Below, one piece after another: positions 37,901-50,500 of a stretch of 64,000 nt of DNA (position 1 is the first letter of the stretch; each line of letters begins with the position of its first letter). Below the pieces are notes generated by a model, which saw only the letters and a list, made by a program, of their open reading frames with translations, was not told the origin of the DNA and searched no databases. Position numbers and translations under genes: made by a program. This DNA comes from Marsupella aquatica (Eukaryota > Plantae > Marchantiophyta). Where the stretch lies: assembly GCA_973895155.1 (NCBI GenBank), contig OZ316892.1, positions 22,173,168 to 22,237,167 on the forward strand, given 5' to 3'.

Positions 37901-40900
37901 CCCTGCATGCATACCGTCCTATCCAAACGGCAAACAAAAATTGTTGTTGTCTCTCCAAGAGATATATAATGCAATACTAGTGGAAGACTATGTCCTTCTA
38001 TATAACTATGTCATGTTTGTGCCGATATTTGGATTTGGATATATTCTATTAAATTCCAAATGAATTGTAAGGGGGCATTCCGAGAGGTAATCTACTCTTC
38101 ATTGGGTCATTTTCACATAATGGTGTGTCATTAATGCCAATGACTACATATAGTGTCATTTTTATAGTCATATTTGTGGTCATTAGACAGGTACCTCATG
38201 GTGTGTCATTAATGAAAACACCTCAAATTAGGGTCATTTTGGTTGTCATACTACAAGTAAGAAGTTCCAAATGATTGGAAATGTGGTCCTTACAAAGGCT
38301 ATTGGGGGGGGGGTTCTCTTTGGAGGTACAAGGGAGTTCATTGGGTCATTTGTGAATTAAATAGTGCTTCAATATGAATGACTAAAAGTGGGGTCACTCA
38401 CGCTGTCATCTTGGAAGCCATTAATGTTGGCATATTGGAGGTCATATAGTCTGGTGAGACTAATAAGGTAGTCCAAAATTGTGTTCATGCATATGGTCCT
38501 TTTTGCAGACATAACCTATCACCCAAAAAACATGGCCGGTACATAGTTAATTACACTAATGTAATCCACAACACCCTCACCTCCCATTAAGGAGGTTTAA
38601 ATGAGGGGCGGGTTATGGGCACCTACACAAACAGCCATGACCTTATGGGGGTGTCGCGACATTATGAGCTATTTACCTTCAGTGCCTTCCCTAGGGCCTT
38701 ATGGGGGCGTCCCGACCTTGTTATTAACCTATTTAGTTGGTATTATCTATGGGCCTTATGGGGAGTTTTGTTACATTGTTATTAACTAGTCTCAAAAAAT
38801 AACCCTAATTAATGACCCACAATATCCACCATCCCCATCCAACAAAATACCTTACCTTTACGGGGTTTAGGGGTCCAGCAATTAGGTTTATCCCGCTCAA
38901 GTTTTCTCGCGTACCAACAGGAGCCCTTTTTCCTCAACAAACATCAAGAGGGCAACGCGTTATGTGCTTATTTCTTGGCATGCCTTTGTGTGCACATTGC
39001 AAGGGCTTAGGGCTGCGCAGCTTTGTGCTCCATTCCACCAAGCGCAGGGAACGAAGGCGAGCACATTTGCCCCGGGAGCATAGGTGGGAGTTGCGGGAGG
39101 GGATGAGCTGCGACACTCTTCCGAGCACATTTGCCCCGGGAGCACAGATTGGAGTTGCAGGAGGGATGAGCTGCGACACTCTTCCGAGCACATTTGCCCC
39201 GGGAGCACAGATTGGAGTTGCAGGAGGGAAGGGACCGTTGGTCTCACCGTTTAGACCTGCAGGAGCACAGGTTGGAGTTGCGGGAGGGGAGGAGTTTTGA
39301 CACTCTTCCGAGCACATGTTTGAGTTGCGGGAGGGAAGGGAAGGCATTCGCGCGTTGGGGACCCCGATCATTGTGGAAGGCAAAAACAGTGGAAGCTCGT
39401 GGATCAGAGGCAGTGAAAGCAACTAGTCTCACCGTTCGTGAAGGAGCTGTGGGAGCTACGGGAGGTGTTACATCGGGAGCTGCGGAGCTGTGGGAGGAGT
39501 TGCAGAGCTGCGGAGGAGCTGCGGAGCTACGGGAGGAGCTACGGGAGCTGCAAGAGGTTACATCAGGGAGGAGTTGCAGCAGCGCTGGTCGGTGAGGAGT
39601 TGTTGGTCGGTCAAGAGCTGCGAAGAGGTATGACCTTATTCCCATTGGCGCCCATGTTGTGATTTGCCTGGTTGCTCTGTGCTCTCCACTTCCGGCTCCA
39701 CCCTAGCCTGGGACCTGCAATGTGCTATGTTGGGACCTGTGTTGCTGTGTGCCAGAGCTCTCTGCTTATGTTTTTTCTCTATCTATCCCTCTCCATTAGC
39801 TACATGTTCTTTGAGTTTGTTGAGTTTGAATTGGTTGTCCACCTTCTCGCCCTCTGTAGCCTTTTGCATCACAAGTGCCTGCATTTCCTTCCCTGTCCCA
39901 TGCTAGCTCCACTGCGACCTTCCATTAACTATCAGAGACCTAAGAAATTTAACTATCTTCGAGCTTTATTGTTTGTTTTGGCAAAATCTTCCCAAACCTG
40001 AACGGCTGCCTGCACTGCCCGCAAAAGCCTTTCGTCCTCCGAAACCCCATGCCTCCGTAGCTGAGCGCTCCACTGATCATGCTTCTGACGAAGTATCAAG
40101 ACTTGGGCTTTGAATGACTCCACCTCAGCTTTATCGTTTGTTTTGGCAAAATCTTCTTGATTGTAATCAGGCAGCAGAGATCACAGACAGATCCAATTGC
40201 TAAGAAATGGTTTTTTCTCTCTCTATTTCTTTCTCCTATTTACCACAACTAAATCAAGTGCCCGAGTTTTGACCGAGTTGTCCTCTGTCTGTCTGCTGTT
40301 GATTTCTGATTGCTACTTGCAGGATTAGTCTACTATTGAGTGCAGTTTGTTTTGTCTGCTATGTTCAGCTCAGTTTGTTGTCTTGTTGTTGTCTGGCAAT
40401 TATTGCCAATTATTCTGACTGCGTGAAAGGCTGTTCTATTTAGTGCTGCCTAATTGAACATAAAAATATGCTATTAAGTTGATTGAGTTTAGGCAAATCT
40501 GGATGCCATACCCTTGTGTTCAAAATTCTATATCTGGCAGTGTTTGCTGTGCTTGTTGTGTTCAAAATTCTATTGGCAGTGTCTGACCTAGAAAGATAAC
40601 CTGATGTATCGCCAACCTTTTGAGTGTGCTCCCAAAGTCCCTGTAGATGCCACTCCTTCTCTGTTTTAAATGAGTAAACTCCTTTCCTCCATATTGAAAT
40701 GTCATCCTGGACCTAAGCTGCGAGGAACTGTGAGGTGACTCGTGACAATCTCTGTGGTGCAAGGTGAGCTTGATCTCTTATTATTACAATGTAGTCCTTA
40801 TTTTTCCATTGTATGATGTTTTCCTTAGTCTGTCTGTGTTACTCAATGAATTGGTTTCCTTACTCTTCTTTTGACATCCCTCTGTATCATAGCCCTTTTC

Positions 40901-41924
40901 TTTTCTCTTTTTTTTACTGAAGAGAAGTGCAGGCATGTATGGTGAATCCTCACTGGATTCCAGCAGCGACTCTGTAGAATTCTGTTGCCAAAAAGTTTCA
41001 GAGTTTCGTGTATGGTTTGCCAACTGCTGTGCCACCTCATAGAATTCCTCAGTGGCTTTTGTACAAGCCTTGCTCTTCAACTATGGTAATTTACAGCTAA
41101 CTGTCTAACGTTCACACAACATCCATACACAGCAATGAATACAACTCCATGAATACAGCCACATGATTTCCTTTGGTCTTCAAACTGGACGAAACTAAAC
41201 TAAAATCAGCTTGGTCAATTTTAAATTCTTTGTAAGGGTCTCTGACAGCAGCCCGGTAATGCCACGACTGCACGAAGATAGAGTACGCGTACGGTGCAGC
41301 TTTTGAAAAAGTGGGTGGACCAGCAGCTTGTTGAGAGTAAAGCAACTTATGGTTCTGTAACAGATGTGTGCAGCAGCTTAAGATGTAGAAGGCACGCAAT
41401 AAAACTTGGTTTTTACAGATTTAAAAAAGGGCAGGGTGAGTGAGCACTGCATGTTGAACTTACAGGTCCGAATTATCTTGATTTGATTTTGCTGCTAAAA
41501 TTTGTGTCTCTTGCTTGAGTCCCAGTTTGCTGGAGTTTTGTTGCTCTCTGTGCTTTGTTGTGCACATCGTTGTGTTTGTTTGTCCATTTTAAAACCTGAG
41601 AGCCAAATGAATGCTTTGCTGAAACTCAATTGCTATTTGTTCTGTGTTGCCCTTACAGATTTTAAAAAGGCAGGGTGAGTGAGCACTACTGTACAGCAAG
41701 CGAAGGCATACAGGTTGCAATATTTGTGATTGCTTCCAATCATAGGCCAAGGTTAGGGCTCTGCTCAGCCCTAAATGCTTTGCCATCCATAAAGCATTGG
41801 TTTATGCTGCACCCTTGTGGTTACATGTCATATTTTATGCTGCACCCTCATTCTTTTGTGTCATGCTGCACCCTGTTATTCCTTCGTGTTTCACAATCTG
41901 ATGTAGGTCTGAGTGTGCAGGACC

Positions 41925-42584
41925 ATGGCTCGCAATAAGCAGAAGGCCATGAATCGTTGCAGAGGTGAATCCTCTCAAGCACCTCAATTATCCTTATATT
42001 CAGACATTGAGATTAACCAGAATAGTCCACATGTATGTGCGATTTGTGATGAGGGAGGGGATCGCATTGTTTGTGATGGGCCTTGCCACCGACATTTCCA
42101 TAAGAATGTTTCCTGTCCTTTGGGTCAGCAATGGCTATGCCCAACTATATCCCTGGCTGATGGCCATGTTGGAGAATGGCTTTGTGTTGATTGCAAGAAT
42201 GATGAACATTCTTGCTTTAAGTGCCATGTGTCTGGAAAAATTGGTGAAGAGGTAAGAAAATGTCCAGACCCTGTCTGTGCCCGGTTTTACTGTCGGCATT
42301 GTTTGGTTCCTGGCACAGCATCATGTGGACTCCATATTTGTCTTACTTGTGGACAGGGGCCAAATGATGGGGCTAATGGCTTTTTGGTTCAGTGCATGAG
42401 GTGGCCTAAGGCATGGCACAAGGACTGCCTGCTATTTATCCAGCAGAGGGGATTTGCCCATGATCGAACAATTTGGGATCACTCAGCGCATGGGCAGCCC
42501 AAGAAGGGGATGTTTTACTGTCCTGACCATGACATTGACCCTACACTAGGCACTCCTGCTAGGAGCCACATATCTTGGATTTGA
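41925..42584 (+). CDS. Stand-alone EDM2-type composite PHD-finger protein carried by CACTA-2
   Basis: VCAICDEGGDRIVCDGPCHRHFH...WLCVDCK...CFKC...CARFYC...CGLHICLTC...QCMRWPKAWHKDCL...RTIWD...FYCPDHDIDPTLGTPARSHI follows the order of the Arabidopsis EDM2 PHD region as I recall it (VCAICDNGG...CRRCPKSYHRKCL...RAWD...IYCQEHEIDEELLTPVRDH). The ORF is open, with one Zn ligand changed from C to W. Confidence 0.82.
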   Translation: MARNKQKAMNRCRGESSQAPQLSLYSDIEINQNSPHVCAICDEGGDRIVCDGPCHRHFHKNVSCPLGQQWLCPTISLADGHVGEWLCVDCKNDEHSCFKCHVSGKIGEEVRKCPDPVCARFYCRHCLVPGTASCGLHICLTCGQGPNDGANGFLVQCMRWPKAWHKDCLLFIQQRGFAHDRTIWDHSAHGQPKKGMFYCPDHDIDPTLGTPARSHISWI

Positions 42585-43964
42585 TTGAGGCTGGATGGAA
42601 CACAAACTTGAGATAGAGCTTTTTGATGGTTTCACGTGGACTTAAACAATTTTCAGAGTGCTAAAACATGTGGACTATTTATATGCAGTGTGATGAACTC
42701 CTCATGTATACACACTCTACAATAGTGCATGGCGGATTGAGGCAATTAATTTTGAGAAATCAACTTTATTATCTTTTCCAGGGTAGGATTCCGATTTTCA
42801 AGCATGTGCTTTGAGTGTGACTTTCCTCCATATTGATGTCTAAACTTCACTTTTTTTCACTGGTGTCACAAACGTTACTTATTCTAGACTTGTCTGCTCA
42901 CATTCCTAATAGGCAAACAAATACTGGAAATGATGAAGGCACAGAGATTTACGTTCATAGTATCATTCTGATGACACTGTATGTGATGCTCTATTTGTAT
43001 GCAAGAAGGAGAAGGTGCCTCACTACGTACATTGGATTTGAGAAACTGGGCTCTGTGGGTTTGAGCAATTGGACTGTGGTTGGCATCAGTTGTACAACTG
43101 TGACGGTAGGCCCAATTTTGTATGCATGTCACACTGATTCAGTTTGAAAATCATAGTTTGAATACAATTTCAATCAAGCTAGCATGGCACAGTTGCCACA
43201 GAATACGTTAGGTGTGGGTAGAACTCCAAAGTTGCCGGTCTTCCATCCAGCTAGAGTACAACATCGTGATGATGCTTTGTGGGTTCGAGAACAGAAGGCC
43301 TGCCACAAGAGTGGGGACCATAAGATGTACTGCCCTTGTGTGAACTGCAAAGGGAATTATAGGACTAATCGGAATACTGCTAGACTGCACCTTATTAAAC
43401 ATGGTCGGTACCCTGCATGTCGAGTGTGGGTGGGAGAGGGACAGGACTCTTCTGATGAAGAGTGGGGTGCTGACTACATTCACAACATGGCCCTGAGGCA
43501 TTGAGGGTAGCAAACCTTCAGCAGGCAACCTGTGCACAACAGCCAACTGTAGATGTTGAAGAACATTTATTTGTAGATGTTCCAGAGTATCCAACTGTGG
43601 ATGTTCCAGAGTATCCAACTGTGGATGTTCAAGAACATCCAACTATAGATGTCGAAGAACATATCAGGGCTCTACTGGAAGAAACGTTGCTGAGAACCAG
43701 TGAAGAATCCCCTGAGCATGAGCTAGATGATCAGGACCGTTTTGACTTGGATTTTGTACTTGGGGATGATGAGAGTGAAGGAGGTGCCCATCCTGTAAAC
43801 CCCCTTCAAACCTCCAAAACTCCTGTGGAGACTGATCCTGCACAGTTATCTTTAGATGCAGCAATGCAACCTTTGTTCCCAGGCAGCAAAATAGATGTTG
43901 TGTCATTCATGTTGCTTCTGCTGAACATCTGTCATGGCCATGGATTCTCAAACAAAGGAGTGAA

Positions 43965-44107
43965 TGTTGTGGGATTAATGAGACAAAGAGTTGGTTCCAT
44001 CTTTACTCTTGGTAGGATATGTACATGTGGCTACGGCCTAAGTAGTTAGGGTAGTTACATAGGTAGTTATCCCAAAGGTAGACTTAACTCAGGTATGAGT
44101 TACAACA
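43965..44107 (-). repeat. 3' LTR of element B (143 bp)
   Basis: Direct repeat of 47439-47581, with 6 differences from the element A LTRs by manual comparison. Confidence 0.95.
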
Positions 44108-46083
44108 CTCCCCCTTTGTAACATTGGGGTTTAAATGTTACAATCAAGAGTCTACTTTGGGCATACTCAGTGGTATACAATAGGTTTTGTTTATGTCTAG
44201 ACTATAAATGAATGTCAAGCTTCTCCTAATAGATGTCTTATAATTCATGTTGCATGGTAAAGTGTAAGTGGGGGATGTAACCTCATTAAAACCTCCCCTA
44301 CTTTCTTTGTGGGAGGAAAGAGTATTACCATCCCCATGGGTGTAACATAATTGGGTTTAAGCATATAGTGTATGTGTAATTTTTACAAAGTCTCTTAAGG
44401 TGTTTGTCAACACTATAGGCTTGTTGAAGATCCTCCTTGGTTGGTGTTAGCAAAGTTGATGTTGTTTTGTGTCTTGCGTCTCTTCCCGATCAGGCAATGA
44501 AGATTCCTCAATGGTCATTGATTACATGCAAGGAAAAAACAAGGTATTAGTTCATAATGAAGATGATATGGTTGATTGAAATCCGTTGGCCTTGGAATCG
44601 TTTGGAGTGTCCAATCCTAGGTCTCATATATCATAGGGATTTCCTATCAAGGTATAGCGTACCAGCTGTCATGGTGCCTTACCAAGTCATACCTCACCTG
44701 ATAGTACCTTGTAATGTGATACCATACTTCATATGATCATATGATACCTTATTATGATATGATGTGGGGTCTTTGATATTTCCAATTTTAGTCGTCATGA
44801 CATGTCATCCAATATTGGTGATTTAATGCATTTTTCATAATTTGGCCATATGCTTCTAACTCATGGAATGTAGTTCCATTTTTGAATATTGATTGTTGTG
44901 AAAAGCACTTGTGCAGTAGGCACATCTTGCAAGTCTTGCTTGAGGTCTCCCCCTCAATTTGTCAAATATTTTTCCTTTCTGGCTGGCTGTGCAGTAGGCA
45001 CCCATTTGCTTCCATGTGCAGTAGGCACAGGGCTTTTATGTGTAGTAGGCACCCCTGGGAAAATATCTCCCCCTGAATTTATGAAATTAATTGGTGGAAG
45101 TAATCATCATTTGTCGCCATGTAGGTTCTGTACTTTAGCTTCTTTCTTTATGTCCTTACTTCATGCTTTGTTGTTTGGTTTTTCTTTCCTTTTGAAGAGA
45201 AAGTCTCTTTGTTCTTTAGTTCTCCATTCCTTTGTGTAAAATGGTCTTCTTAGAAGAAAAGGTGGAGGACTTTCCTTTGGTTTGATGGCTTCTCTTTGTT
45301 TGCCTCCTTTGCCCAGCGTCTCGTCTTTAGCTTGTACCACGATCTCCGTCTGCATTGGACGTCCTTCTCTCTCCTGGCGTTCCTCACGTTCTCTCTTTGG
45401 CTCGATCAGTTTCGGTCTCGCCTCATCGTTCTTCAGGGTTCTCTCTTTGCTTTTTTGGGTTTGTGCTTCCTTCAATGTTCTTGGATTTATCCTCCTTGGT
45501 TTCGGTGCTTATTGTTTCTCTCCTCTGTCTCGCATTCTTTCCTTCAAAGTTTTCAGTTTCTCCCTTCGCGTTCGATCATGGACTGTCTGTCTTTATATGT
45601 TCGTGATGCTGCCTGCCTTGCTCACGATCTGCGTTCGATTTCTGTAGCGTCTTCTCTCCTCCTATCTTTTTCAATTGGTAATTAGGCGTATGGGTGTTCC
45701 TTATGAATCAATCTTCCGTATGAGGTCGCCTTCACGGACTGGAAATAGGAGGTCTGATGACTCGTTCCAAAACGCGGATCTCCGTGAACTTACAAAATAC
45801 AAACCGTATTATATACTTCAAATGTGGAACTCGTGCAGACGCGTCAGTATAACCACGTATTATCTCGGCAAACGCTCAGTGTGCCTCACTTGGCCCCCGA
45901 AACCAAAACATTTTGCGCCTGTTAATTTAAGTCTCTGATGTTGTTGCCACAAACTATTTGATCTCAGACTTGACAATTTGTGGAATGACACCGTAAGGCG
46001 TTTTTGGAAGGTCTTCAGGATCGAAGCATCTTGGCAGCATTTTTTTTTTGTTTTGCTTCGGATCCGATTGAGCACTTTGAAAT

Positions 46084-46640
46084 ATGAATCATCGGCAGGA
46101 TGGCAGGAAGACGCTGAAAACTGTCCTGGAGGACATCAACAAGGTGCCGTCCCGTAGCGGCTACAAAGAACTCAATTTTGGAGTACCGAATGCTGATGCC
46201 ATTCAAGGTGCAGAGCCGACGAGATTTACCTCGAGTTCGAAGATCTCACGTACACTGTCGTCAAGCAGGAGAAGATCGACGGAAAATGGGAGTCCTATCC
46301 CGTCGACCTTCTGCAAGGGATTTTGGGAAAGGCTATCAGAGGCCAATTGACGGGAATCATGGGACCGAGCGGTGCTGGCAAGTCCACCTTCCTGGACGCT
46401 CTGGCCGGCCGCATTGGGCAACGGAGTCTGGGCGAGACAGTGCGGCTGGATGGGCAGCAAGTGACCGGTAGCTATATCAAGCTCAACAGCGCGTACGTGA
46501 TGCAGGAAGACCTTCTCTTCCCCTTTCTAACAGTTACTGAGACCTTCATGTTCGCTGCTGAGGTGCGCCTCCCCACGAAGCTTTCGCACTCCGAGAAAGC
46601 TGACCATGTCCAGGCTCTAATCACGCAGCTTGGTCTTGAG
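46084..46640 (+). pseudogene. STR: Captured 5' exon of a half-size ABCG transporter of the STR/STR2 clade
   Basis: LEFEDLTYTVVKQEKIDGKW...GIMGPSGAGKSTFLDALAGRI...AYVMQEDLLFPFLTVTETFMFAAEVRLP...QLGL contains Walker A and the Q-loop, and TFMFAAEVRLP is STR-like. A frameshift lies near 46200-46230 relative to the ATG at 46084. A GT donor follows at 46641. ABCG identity is firm; STR versus STR2 is less certain. Confidence 0.8.
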
Positions 46641-47438
46641 GTAAATTACATGTCAATCTTTCTCTAGCATACAGCTTCAAAATCACAACTAGTACGATTT
46701 GGGCCATTACTGCTCAAGTATCTATAATTTGAACCATTCTTAAGCGTAAGCTACGTCACGTAGCAGAAGGGCAGCGTCTCTCTCCTCATATGCAGCTATT
46801 CTCTCCGTGATAGCCGAATTTCACTCCAAGATAGCTGCATCCCGTGCGGCTATCATTGGCTATCGAGCGAGGCCTGTCCCTATGAGGTCGCGATGTCCTA
46901 ATTGAATTCTTCTTTCTGCTTTTTGATCGTCTTGTCTCTATTGCTGTCGTCTTGCTCTTCTTATCCTTTTCACCCTGGAGGGGAATGCTACTTTTCTGTC
47001 AGCATAGTGTCGGGAAAGCGTAGTGTCGGGAAAGAAATCACAACATCTTGTTACTGCTTCGTCCATTTTGAATGCCTCCAGCGGCAGACTCGAGTAGAAC
47101 TGGAAGCAAACACAGGAAACAGAGTAGGTTGTCGTACTCCAATCTGTTGTGCGCTCACGACCAGCCGTCAGTGAGCTGGTGCTTGCTAGAAATCTTATCA
47201 ATCAAAGATGTAGTTTAAGAATAAGTTGGCGCCTTGATATTCAATTCACCATAGCCGGGATCAATTCTTCCTTGGCCTTTCTCCCAAAGAAAAGTTGCTC
47301 GTGCAGCGCTTCAAGCAGCTCTCGCAAAAAAAAACTTTGGCACATTCGAATCACATCTTTCCCTTCTTTCTTCGTCTTAGAGTGAATCAGTCATGGCCTA
47401 AAAAAGTTCAGCCAGTCTCAGGCTACGTGCTGATAACG

Positions 47439-47581
47439 TGTTGTGGGATTAATGAGACAAAGAGTTGGTTCCATCTTTACTCTTGGTAGGATATGTACAT
47501 GTGGCTACGGCCTAAGTAGTTAGGGTAGTTACATAGGTAGTTATCCCAAAGGTAGACTTAACTCAGGTATGAGTTACAACA
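47439..47581 (-). repeat. 5' LTR of element B (143 bp)
   Basis: Identical to 43965-44107, adjacent to the PBS. Confidence 0.95.
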
Positions 47582-50500
47582 GTGAATGCATTGTTGTCTT
47601 TGATGGGGGAGCATGGTATGCCTGCAGAGCATAATCTGCCCAAGAACTTATATGCTGCAAAGCAGCTATTGAGAAAGCTTGGCTTGGATTATGAGAGAAT
47701 CCCTGTCTGTGAGAAAGGTTGCATGCTCTTTAGGGGTGAAAATGCCAAGTTAGAAAACTGTTCAGTGTGTCAGCAGCCCAAGATGAAGAGAGTGGGGAAT
47801 TCATTACAGGCAAGGAAGGTGGTGCGGTATTTCCCTATAATTCCTAGGTTGAAGAGATTGTATGCCACTGCTGGTACATCTAAACTCATGACTTGGCATC
47901 ATGAGAATAGAAGCACAGACAACATGGTTCGGCACGCAGTAGATTCCAAGGCTTGGAAGCATGTGGATACAAATATTGATAAAAAATTTGCAGCTGAACC
48001 AAGGAATGTGCGATTTGGGTTGGCACTTGATGGGGTGAATCCCTTTGGGAATAATTCCACAGCTTGGTCTACCTGGCCAATCTTGTTGTTGAATTACAAT
48101 TTACCTCCTTGGCTTACCACCAAGAAGTTCTTTGTCATGCTAGCTATGCTGATTCCAGGACCTGATTCAGTAACAGAGGAACAACTGGACATAATATTGG
48201 GCCCATTCTATGAGGAGCTGGAGCTGTTGTGGACGAAAGGAGTGCCCTGCTTTGACAAATTGCCACGCCCAGGATTGTCTCAACACTTCAACCTAAGGGC
48301 TGTGCTATTGTGGACAATCAATGATTACCCTGCATATGGTTTAATATCTGGACAACAACATGCTGGATACAAAGGATGTGTCATCTGTGGGCCAAAATAT
48401 GTGGCACGTGGTTCTAAGCACTTGCAGAAATTAGAGTACAGTGGCCACCGTCGATGGTTAGCAGCAAGGCATCTTTTTCGTAGACCAGACAGTGCACAAT
48501 ACTTTGATGGTGCAATTGAGAGCCGACCTGCACCGTGTAGAATGTCAAGTTCTGATAGAAAGAAGTGGGGAGACGAGACAACAGAATATTTGAAGAAGGG
48601 AGGAACCAAGGTTGAGGATGAGAGCTGCCCCATAAAGGTGCATGGAGTGAAGAGGGCTACTGGTCTGTACAAGTTACCCTATTGGAACGTAAGACTCCAT
48701 ACTACTACAATGAATTTCTGCAATCTCTTCATATGACTTTGAAATGTGTTTACTTCTTGTAGCCCAGATTTTGTAATTGTTGTATTCAGTGCCCTAATTT
48801 CTGAATTGTGTGTCCACTGCAGGAACTACTCATTAACCATTGTCTAGATCCCATGCACTGTGAGAAGAATCTTGCACACAACATTGTGCACACTATCATT
48901 GGGACCAAGGACACTCCTTCTGTGCGAGAAGACCTGAAGCTCTTACAGGTGCGCCAACACCTATGGCTTGTACCCAATCCAGCTCCCAAGCGTAAGGATG
49001 ACAAATTGTTGATGCCCCCAACCCCATATTGCCTGAGCAAGAAGGAAAGAACAAGGTTCTTGGAGGTGTTATTGACCTTGAAAGGGCCCACTGGTTTTTC
49101 AAGTTCTTTGGCAAAGTGTGTTACAAAATCCAAGAAACTCTCTGGGTTGAAATCACATGATTTCCACCAACTCATGCAACAGATTCTCCCTCTGGCAACA
49201 ATGGGATTACTTGATGAAGGGGTTCGCTTGGCCATAGCTGGGATGAGCAATATCTATCGCCAGATCTGTACGAAGGTGTGGGACCCTTCAATGTATGAGA
49301 ATATGATGATGGATGTTGCATTCACTCTCTGCATTGTGGAGATCCATTTTCCACCAAGCTTCTTTGATGTCATGACCCATTTAATGATTCACCTAGTGGA
49401 GGAATTAGACTTGTGTGGCCCAGTTACAGGCAGATGGATGTACCCAATAGAGAGGAACCTGAAGGTTTTGAAGGGTTATGTACGAAACAAGGCACGTCCA
49501 GAGGCTTCTATGGCTGAAGGCTATGTATTAGATGAGTCTTTGGGATTCCTTTCTGAATACATGATTGATGCTAAGGGAGAGGGAAAACGAACCTGGGAGT
49601 TGGAGGAGGATGCTGGCGTTGCAGGCATTGTCTTGGAAGGGGCTGCAAAGGAGATAACTTTGAATTGGTCTGAAATGATGGCCATGCATCATTATATATT
49701 GGAGAATGAAGAGACAGTGGCTCCATGGTATAGGTATGTAAACCCTGTACCATATGCATCATAATTATGCTGCCCCATTGTGTTTGTATATTCATGGTGG
49801 ATCGTGCACTAATGTCTTGAGTGTTGCTGTTGCCATGTAGGATATATGATGCTACCAATGAGACTGTTACCAAACAAAGAGTGGATTTCCGGAAGGAATG
49901 GATGAGGAAGCCTGCCAATTGAAGAAAACCAGTGGAATTTCCCCTTGACTGCCAAGAACTGCCACCTTTTAGGGAATGGTTTCAAACATTAGTCAATACC
50001 CATAATTTTGAGATAGAGTCTGAGCGGTCATTACTATCTGTGTACTCCACACCACCTAGTTTGAAGGCACGACTGTATAGGGCATGCAGAGCCTATGGGC
50101 ATCACTGGAGGACTATTCCATCCTTGGGGTGTTTGAGTGATTGTGATTCTGGTGCATTCAGCACTTTTGATTCTGGGATGGCTTCGACATTCACTGAGAA
50201 GCGGGTGGACAGGTCTGGCGCAACTAGAGAAGAATCTGTACAGTATGTAGGGGCCTTGACAGATATCTTAGTACTGAATTACGGCAGCTTGAGGAAAGAG
50301 GTGATTCTTTTCAAAGGGAAATGGGCAGATCCATCATGGACTCCTAAATCCTCTGCCAGTATGAGGTATTCTGAGTCTGGTCTTTGGCAGGTGAATTTCC
50401 ATAGAGAACTGGGTGTGTCCAAGAAAATGGATTACGTTTTCCCAAAGCAAGTGGAGCAGGTTTTCTTCCACCCCAATGAGAAGGGGATAGCATGGAGAAC

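Larger units (their letters stand above)
43965..47581 (-). mobile_element. Non-autonomous Bianca-type Copia LTR element B, 3617 bp, carrying host gene cargo
   Basis: Identical 143-bp LTRs (43965-44107 and 47439-47581). TSD GTGAA (43960-43964 and 47582-47586). PPT at 44108-44119 and PBS at 47426-47438. Excision restores the transposase frame. Confidence 0.95.

Noticed and set aside
38812-39662. Overlapping 130-160 aa ORFs in a GC-rich region
   Set aside because: They are explained by ~63-bp and GAGCTGCG-type repeats in the probable leader region upstream of the PHD gene, with no recognisable domain.
46323-46667. ABCG ORF as a functional resident gene
   Set aside because: It lacks the signature motif, Walker B and the membrane domain, is frameshifted, and lies inside an LTR element.
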